From Candidatus Obscuribacteraceae bacterium (lineage in GTDB: Bacteria; Cyanobacteriota; Vampirovibrionia; Obscuribacterales; Obscuribacteraceae): DNA of 64,000 nucleotides. The position numbers were made by a program, and so were the translations under genes. The first letter of the stretch is position 1. Each line of letters starts with the position of its first letter. Location: assembly GCA_044226015.1 (NCBI GenBank), contig JBGAHS010000007.1, positions 288,001 through 352,000 on the forward strand, given 5' to 3'. A model generated the notes under the pieces. It was not told where the DNA came from. It did not search any database and was given only the letters and a program-made list of their open reading frames with translations. Positions 59,078 through 64,000 of the stretch are shown here, piece by piece.

Positions 59078-59905
59078 ATGAATGATCTACCCGGTCTAGT
59101 AATCGTTGTCGCTGGAGTTGCGATTGCCGCCATAGCATTTTTTGTGGTTCAGCGTCTAGCTAAGCCGATTGATATGGAACAGCATCAGAGTTTTCTTGAT
59201 GCAATGTTGAATATCGTAGGGACTCTCGTTTCTATTTTGCTTGGGCTGCTAGTGGCAGCAGCATTAGATCACTATCAAACTTTGGAGCAGAACATTGATG
59301 CAGAGGCAGCCAATGTTTTTCATCTCTGTCGATTGTCTCTAGGATTGCCTCCTGAAAGAGCAACGAAGATACGGCAGTTGGCAGCTCAGTATTGCGACGA
59401 AGTCGTGAATGACGAATGGCCAGCAATGGCAGATGGTAAGGGTAGCGAAAAGGTATCGCTGACGCTTGTGAAAATCGTCGGAGAAGTTGTTCAGTTTCAT
59501 CCAATCAATGATGGTCAGTCGAATTTACACAATGCCATGCTCGCTTCTATGCAACAGATTAGTGATTCTCGTCGGCAGCGCTTACTTGTCTTGCATAGCA
59601 GTTGGTCGCGTCATTTGCTACCTATCTTGTTGATGTGCGCTCTCATAGTTTTGGTATTTGCATTCCTGTATATGAGACGAGGAGCACGGCTTCATGGTGT
59701 CTTGATTTGTTTTGTCGCCCTTGCTCTCGGTGGAAATATCGGATTAGTTTATGTGCTAAGCAATCCATTTAATGGGGATTGGAAAATTGAACCGAAAGGG
59801 TTTGAGATGAATCAGGAAATAATCCGAGAGATAAAAGCGAACCCGGCACTCTTCAAGATTCTGTCTCCAACCGTGCCTGTTGGAACCAGTGTTGAGCCTA
59901 AGTAG
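59078..59905 (+). CDS. DUF4239 / bestrophin-like membrane protein
   Basis: VGTLVSILLGLLV, EA, EWPAM, RRQR, NPFNG..IEP pattern; RBS GGAGG. Confidence 0.8.
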   Translation: MNDLPGLVIVVAGVAIAAIAFFVVQRLAKPIDMEQHQSFLDAMLNIVGTLVSILLGLLVAAALDHYQTLEQNIDAEAANVFHLCRLSLGLPPERATKIRQLAAQYCDEVVNDEWPAMADGKGSEKVSLTLVKIVGEVVQFHPINDGQSNLHNAMLASMQQISDSRRQRLLVLHSSWSRHLLPILLMCALIVLVFAFLYMRRGARLHGVLICFVALALGGNIGLVYVLSNPFNGDWKIEPKGFEMNQEIIREIKANPALFKILSPTVPVGTSVEPK

Positions 59906-59910
59906 GAGCT

Positions 59911-61119
59911 TTAGCTGGATTTCTTTTTTTCCTTTTTCTGTTTGCTTTTCGTCTTCGTCATTCTTGTGACACCAAATATAGTGGCGATTATTGTGAGGAG
60001 CAGAAAGAGATAACTTGCCGTGTCCTTCCTGAGCAGTAGGTCGAGAACTTGCCCTGTAAGCGGAATCGGTTCCTCGTAAACTTTGAGAAGTGTGTTCCTG
60101 TCTCTAGTCGTTATCGTTTTTATTGGGTCAGAAATTGGTGTGGAAAAGTACATCAGATCCTTTGGCTCAACGCTGTGTCCGGCAAGCCCCAGTGCGTGAC
60201 CAACCTCATGTCTGCATGTTGTCGTTACCGTATTGCTGGTTAGAGGAAAGCTGCCTTGGGATTCTCTACAGCGCAGAGCGATTTTGGCGTGCGTTAAAGC
60301 ACCCTGCCTTATTAGGGTTTGCGTATTCCCGTTTTCAGTGCCGTTGCCCAGTTCGGAGGGGTCATTAGTCCACCGGCAATCGATGTCAGAATCTTGAAGT
60401 GAGTCAACGAATCGAAAAGTAATTCGTTTGTTTGAGGACTTTTCCCAATCAATGAAAGCTTGCCTTAAGAACGTATCGTAGTCGGACTTGTAACCTTCTA
60501 CGTCGCTGTCTGGAATCGCGATAAAGACTTTCAGCGGCATGTGCCAATCTGACCAGCGCGCTCGATGTTCTCCAATTACGTCTCTAAAGTAATCTGCTTC
60601 TGCAACCTTAGAGCCAGCTTTGCTACGCCTCTTTTGCTCTTTTTCAAGTAACTCCAATGTCGAGTTGCTTATTGAGGATCCTTCGTCATTACGTGCTATA
60701 TAAAGCTTCATCGTTTTTATAGCGTTATTCAGATCGCCTGTTGTTTGATAAAACGAGGCAAGATTCAGTAAAGCAGTGGGCGGGCAATCGTCTGCCTCTG
60801 CGCTGGCCTTCAGATGAACCAGTGCTTCCTTGTCATTGCCTATGCGAGCAAGAACAATTCCCAGATTTGCATGAGCCAGCGAATAGTGTGGATCATAAGT
60901 CAACGCTCTCTTAAGCCGAGAAATCGCCAGCTCCAGGTTGTTTTCTTTTATTAGTGAGCAAGCTTCACGAACCTGAAGAGCTGCGTTGTAAACATTTCTT
61001 GGTACGTTTTTTCCATTGACCCTATATAGTTCATCGGAAAAACAACTGCAGCTAAAAAGCAAATTGGTCAGAACCAAAAACGCAGTACCAGCAAAATATT
61101 TCGATAAGTTCTTGAGCAT
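59911..61119 (-). CDS. TPR + matrixin (M10-like) zinc metalloprotease with C-terminal TM anchor
   Basis: TPR repeats; HEVGHALGLAGHS...DLMY Met-turn; C-terminal TM followed by a basic tail. Confidence 0.9.
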   Translation of the reverse strand: MLKNLSKYFAGTAFLVLTNLLFSCSCFSDELYRVNGKNVPRNVYNAALQVREACSLIKENNLELAISRLKRALTYDPHYSLAHANLGIVLARIGNDKEALVHLKASAEADDCPPTALLNLASFYQTTGDLNNAIKTMKLYIARNDEGSSISNSTLELLEKEQKRRSKAGSKVAEADYFRDVIGEHRARWSDWHMPLKVFIAIPDSDVEGYKSDYDTFLRQAFIDWEKSSNKRITFRFVDSLQDSDIDCRWTNDPSELGNGTENGNTQTLIRQGALTHAKIALRCRESQGSFPLTSNTVTTTCRHEVGHALGLAGHSVEPKDLMYFSTPISDPIKTITTRDRNTLLKVYEEPIPLTGQVLDLLLRKDTASYLFLLLTIIATIFGVTRMTKTKSKQKKEKKKSS

Positions 61120-61492
61120 AATTTGAATGCAATCAGTTACGGAGATGATATACCCAAAGTTATAGAGGAAAGCTAGCTGGCCAGTGCTCCTGTTCGAATT
61201 GGTCAGTTTCAGATTTTCAAATTCTCCACAATTCTGCTAATTAGGTTAGCGTGCTGGGTTTCAGCAACAGTCTGAAAGCTTGGTTTCATCTAATCTGTTC
61301 CCATTTAGTTTTTGCAACATTGCTTTGCAAAGTGGAATTCTCTTTATTCTGGTCAGAATCTCTAAAAGCCTCGGCCGCAAGTCTTTGTGTGGTTGTCATC
61401 CGGTTCTTCCAAAAGGATTAATACCTGCCAGGCACCATCAGGGACGCTCAAGGTGTAGGATTCATCAAGGTTCTATCTTAGGAGTTGTAGGC

Positions 61493-63352
61493 ATGACCGC
61501 GACAATGGAGAAAACTCAGCCTCCAGTAGAGGCTAGTTACGAAGTTAAACACCGCAGATTGCTCGACCTGGTGAACGAAGCCGCCAAGTTGTGCAATCCA
61601 GATCGCATTTATTGGTGCGATGGATCAGAAGAAGAATACAACAAGCTGTGTGAGCAGATGGTTGAGAGCGGAACATTTATCCGCCTGAATCAAAAACTGC
61701 GTCCAGGCAGCTTCCTGGCTCGTTCAGCCCCCTCCGATGTTGCAAGAGTCGAAGATAGAACTTTTGTATGCACCACTAAGAAAGACGACAGTGGCCCGAA
61801 CAATAACTGGATGGAGCCTGAGACTGCCAAAATAATTCTCAAAGACTTTTTCAAGAATTGTATGCGTGGCAGAACCATGTATGTTGTTCCATTCAGCATG
61901 GGACCTCTGGGTTCACCACTTTCCTACATCGGAGTTGAAATCACCGACTCACCGTATGTAGTTGTGAACATGAAGCATATGACCCGTATGGGCAAGCCGG
62001 TTATTGATGTTCTGGGTGATGATGGAAGATTCGTTCCTTGCTATCATTCAGTCGGACATCCGCTATCAGCAGGCGAACAAGATGTGCCATGGCCTTGTGA
62101 TGCTGAACATAAATACATTTGCCATTTCCCCGAAACCAAAGAGATCTGGTCCTATGGTTCAGGTTATGGTGGCAACGCGCTTCTAGGTAAGAAATGTTTG
62201 GCTCTCAGAATTGCGTCCACAATCGGTCGTGAAGAAGGTTGGCTGGCAGAGCACATGTTGATTCTCGGTGTTGAATCACCGAAGGGTGAAAAGTCTTACG
62301 TAGCAGCTGCTTTCCCGAGCGCTTGCGGGAAGACTAATTTCGCAATGTTAATTCCCCCGAAAGGATTTGATGGCTGGAAAGTCACCACTGTTGGTGACGA
62401 CATCGCCTGGATTCGTCCGGGTAAAGATGGAAAATTACATGCTATCAACCCTGAAGCGGGTTATTTCGGTGTAGCACCCGGAACGTCAGCTAAGACAAAT
62501 CCAAATGCATTGGCGACATTGAGCAAGAATTGCATATTCACCAACGTTGCCTTGACACCAGATGGTGATGTCTGGTGGGAAGGTCTTACAGACCAAGCTC
62601 CTGCTGAGTTAACAGATTGGCAAGGACGCAAGTGGACACCAGATTGCGGACGTAAGGCTGCGCATCCGAATAGCCGATTCACCGTATCCTCGACTCAGTG
62701 CCCATCAATTGACCCAGAATGGAACAATCCAGAAGGTGTTCCAATCGATGCATTTGTATTCGGTGGACGTCGCGCTACAGCGATCCCGCTGGTTGTAGAA
62801 GCATTCAACTGGAATTTCGGTGTGTATTTTGCTGCCATGTTAGGTTCTGAAACCACCGCAGCTGCTGAAGGCAAAGTCGGTCAGGTAAGACGCGATCCAA
62901 TGGCTATGTTGCCTTTCTGTGGATATCACATGGGTGATTACTTCAACCACTGGTTGAAAGTTGGTCATATGGTCAAGAATCCACCGCCGATTTTCTGTGT
63001 CAACTGGTTCCGCACAGATAAAGATGGCAACATCATGTGGCCTGGTTTCGGTGAAAACATGCGTGTTCTGAAGTGGTTCTCTGACCGTATTCATGGACGT
63101 GCAGGCGCCGTGCAAACCAACCTCGGTTGGATGCCGCGCTACGAAGACATCGATTGGCGTGGTCTTGAGCAATTCACTCGTGATCAATTCGCTGAGTTGA
63201 TGGAAATTGACACCAAGGTCTGGCAAAGTGAACTCGACTCTCATGAAGAGCTAGTCGACAAGTTGAAAGAGCGCATGCCAGAAGAACTTCTTCTAGCAAG
63301 ACAGATGCTTCAACTCGCTTTCGGTCGTTCACGACTGGTCAAGAAAGGCTAG
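61493..63352 (+). CDS. pckG: phosphoenolpyruvate carboxykinase (GTP)
   Basis: [57 protein letters not shown]. Confidence 0.97.
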   Translation: MTATMEKTQPPVEASYEVKHRRLLDLVNEAAKLCNPDRIYWCDGSEEEYNKLCEQMVESGTFIRLNQKLRPGSFLARSAPSDVARVEDRTFVCTTKKDDSGPNNNWMEPETAKIILKDFFKNCMRGRTMYVVPFSMGPLGSPLSYIGVEITDSPYVVVNMKHMTRMGKPVIDVLGDDGRFVPCYHSVGHPLSAGEQDVPWPCDAEHKYICHFPETKEIWSYGSGYGGNALLGKKCLALRIASTIGREEGWLAEHMLILGVESPKGEKSYVAAAFPSACGKTNFAMLIPPKGFDGWKVTTVGDDIAWIRPGKDGKLHAINPEAGYFGVAPGTSAKTNPNALATLSKNCIFTNVALTPDGDVWWEGLTDQAPAELTDWQGRKWTPDCGRKAAHPNSRFTVSSTQCPSIDPEWNNPEGVPIDAFVFGGRRATAIPLVVEAFNWNFGVYFAAMLGSETTAAAEGKVGQVRRDPMAMLPFCGYHMGDYFNHWLKVGHMVKNPPPIFCVNWFRTDKDGNIMWPGFGENMRVLKWFSDRIHGRAGAVQTNLGWMPRYEDIDWRGLEQFTRDQFAELMEIDTKVWQSELDSHEELVDKLKERMPEELLLARQMLQLAFGRSRLVKKG

Positions 63353-63375
63353 TTCGTAATACTCGAAGTGATATT

Positions 63376-63434
63376 AAGGGCGGTGCAGGTCACCGCCCTT
63401 TTGCTTACGAAAAAAGGGACCTCAGGGTCCCTTT
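63376..63434. terminator. two back-to-back terminator hairpins between convergent genes
   Basis: AAGGGCGGTG-N5-CACCGCCCTT-TT (plus) and AAAGGGACC-N4-GGTCCCTTT preceded by an A run (minus). Confidence 0.8.
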
Positions 63435-63470
63435 CTATAACCGTGTTGTCGCAAGCGATGCAGGTCGTTC

Positions 63471-63998
63471 TTACTTCAGCTGATTATTTTTTACTGCAGC
63501 CTTCTCTATACCTTCGGTCAAGATGCTTGGAGAGTATTTGCTTTGACTGTCCATCCCCTTTCTCTTTTCAGACTCGATTCCACCCGTCTTCGGTAGCAAT
63601 TTGTTGACCAGTGACAGTATCTCGCGAGTTGGACCTGGAAAAACCGTGTTTATAACAGAGGCAACAGCCGCCGGGAATGAAATAATCAATTCAGCTTCGC
63701 CTGTTCTGCATGCTTCGATGATTTGTTTAGCTGCATCTTCTGCTGCTGTCGATATTATTGGCAGCGCATTCAGATTGCTAAATAGCGCATATTCTAGCTC
63801 GTTTTGTCCTTTAAATTCTGCGTGAAGATGGCTGCCCGTGCGCATCAAACCGGGACACACTGAAGTCACGTAGATTCCGTCTTTCCAGAGCTCAACACGC
63901 AAGCCTTCTGAAAAACCGGCTAGAGCAAACTTGCTTGTGCAATAAGGAAGAAGGTGTGGAACACTGATCTTTCCGCCAATTGACGAGATGTTGACAAT
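63471..63998 (-). CDS. short-chain dehydrogenase/reductase (3' part; start outside the window)
   Basis: Frame open to the window edge: IVNISSIGG...PYCTSKFA (YxxxK)...VCPG. Confidence 0.92.
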   Translation of the reverse strand: MVNISSIGGKISVPHLLPYCTSKFALAGFSEGLRVELWKDGIYVTSVCPGLMRTGSHLHAEFKGQNELEYALFSNLNALPIISTAAEDAAKQIIEACRTGEAELIISFPAAVASVINTVFPGPTREILSLVNKLLPKTGGIESEKRKGMDSQSKYSPSILTEGIEKAAVKNNQLK

Positions 63999-64000
63999 GC

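Overview
64 kb of bacterial chromosome at moderate GC. Gene content and protein style suggest a non-photosynthetic relative of Cyanobacteria (Ca. Melainabacteria/Obscuribacterales); this is an inference, for example from the cyanobacterial-type but intein-free dnaE. Housekeeping genes are speD-like, an RND efflux pair, dnaE, ruvA, tRNA-Pro(CGG), kptA, pspA, a UgtP/MGDG-synthase-family GT, fumC and GTP-PEPCK. They are interspersed with signalling genes (HK/OmpR pair, two degenerate GGDEF proteins, Ser/Thr kinase) and many lineage-specific proteins. I see no mobile element or CRISPR array. Two candidate novel systems stand out. (1) A three-gene operon at 49705-52947 encodes a J-domain/pseudokinase, a vWA protein and a PurA paralogue whose aspartate-binding loop is replaced; its sigma70-type promoter is flanked by two GT-N7-AC (NrtR-box-like) sites. 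(2) At 14798-17614, a protein with ten CxGxxC repeats sits next to a thioredoxin carrying one copy of the same repeat, and both are preceded by a shared ~65-bp DNA element. Other notable items are a 1308-aa multi-domain peptidoglycan hydrolase, several non-coding periodic repeats (42, 15 and 11 bp), a 26-bp strand-specific hairpin, and an EF-hand gene interrupted by an in-frame TAG. All domain calls come from motif recognition by eye; no searches were run.
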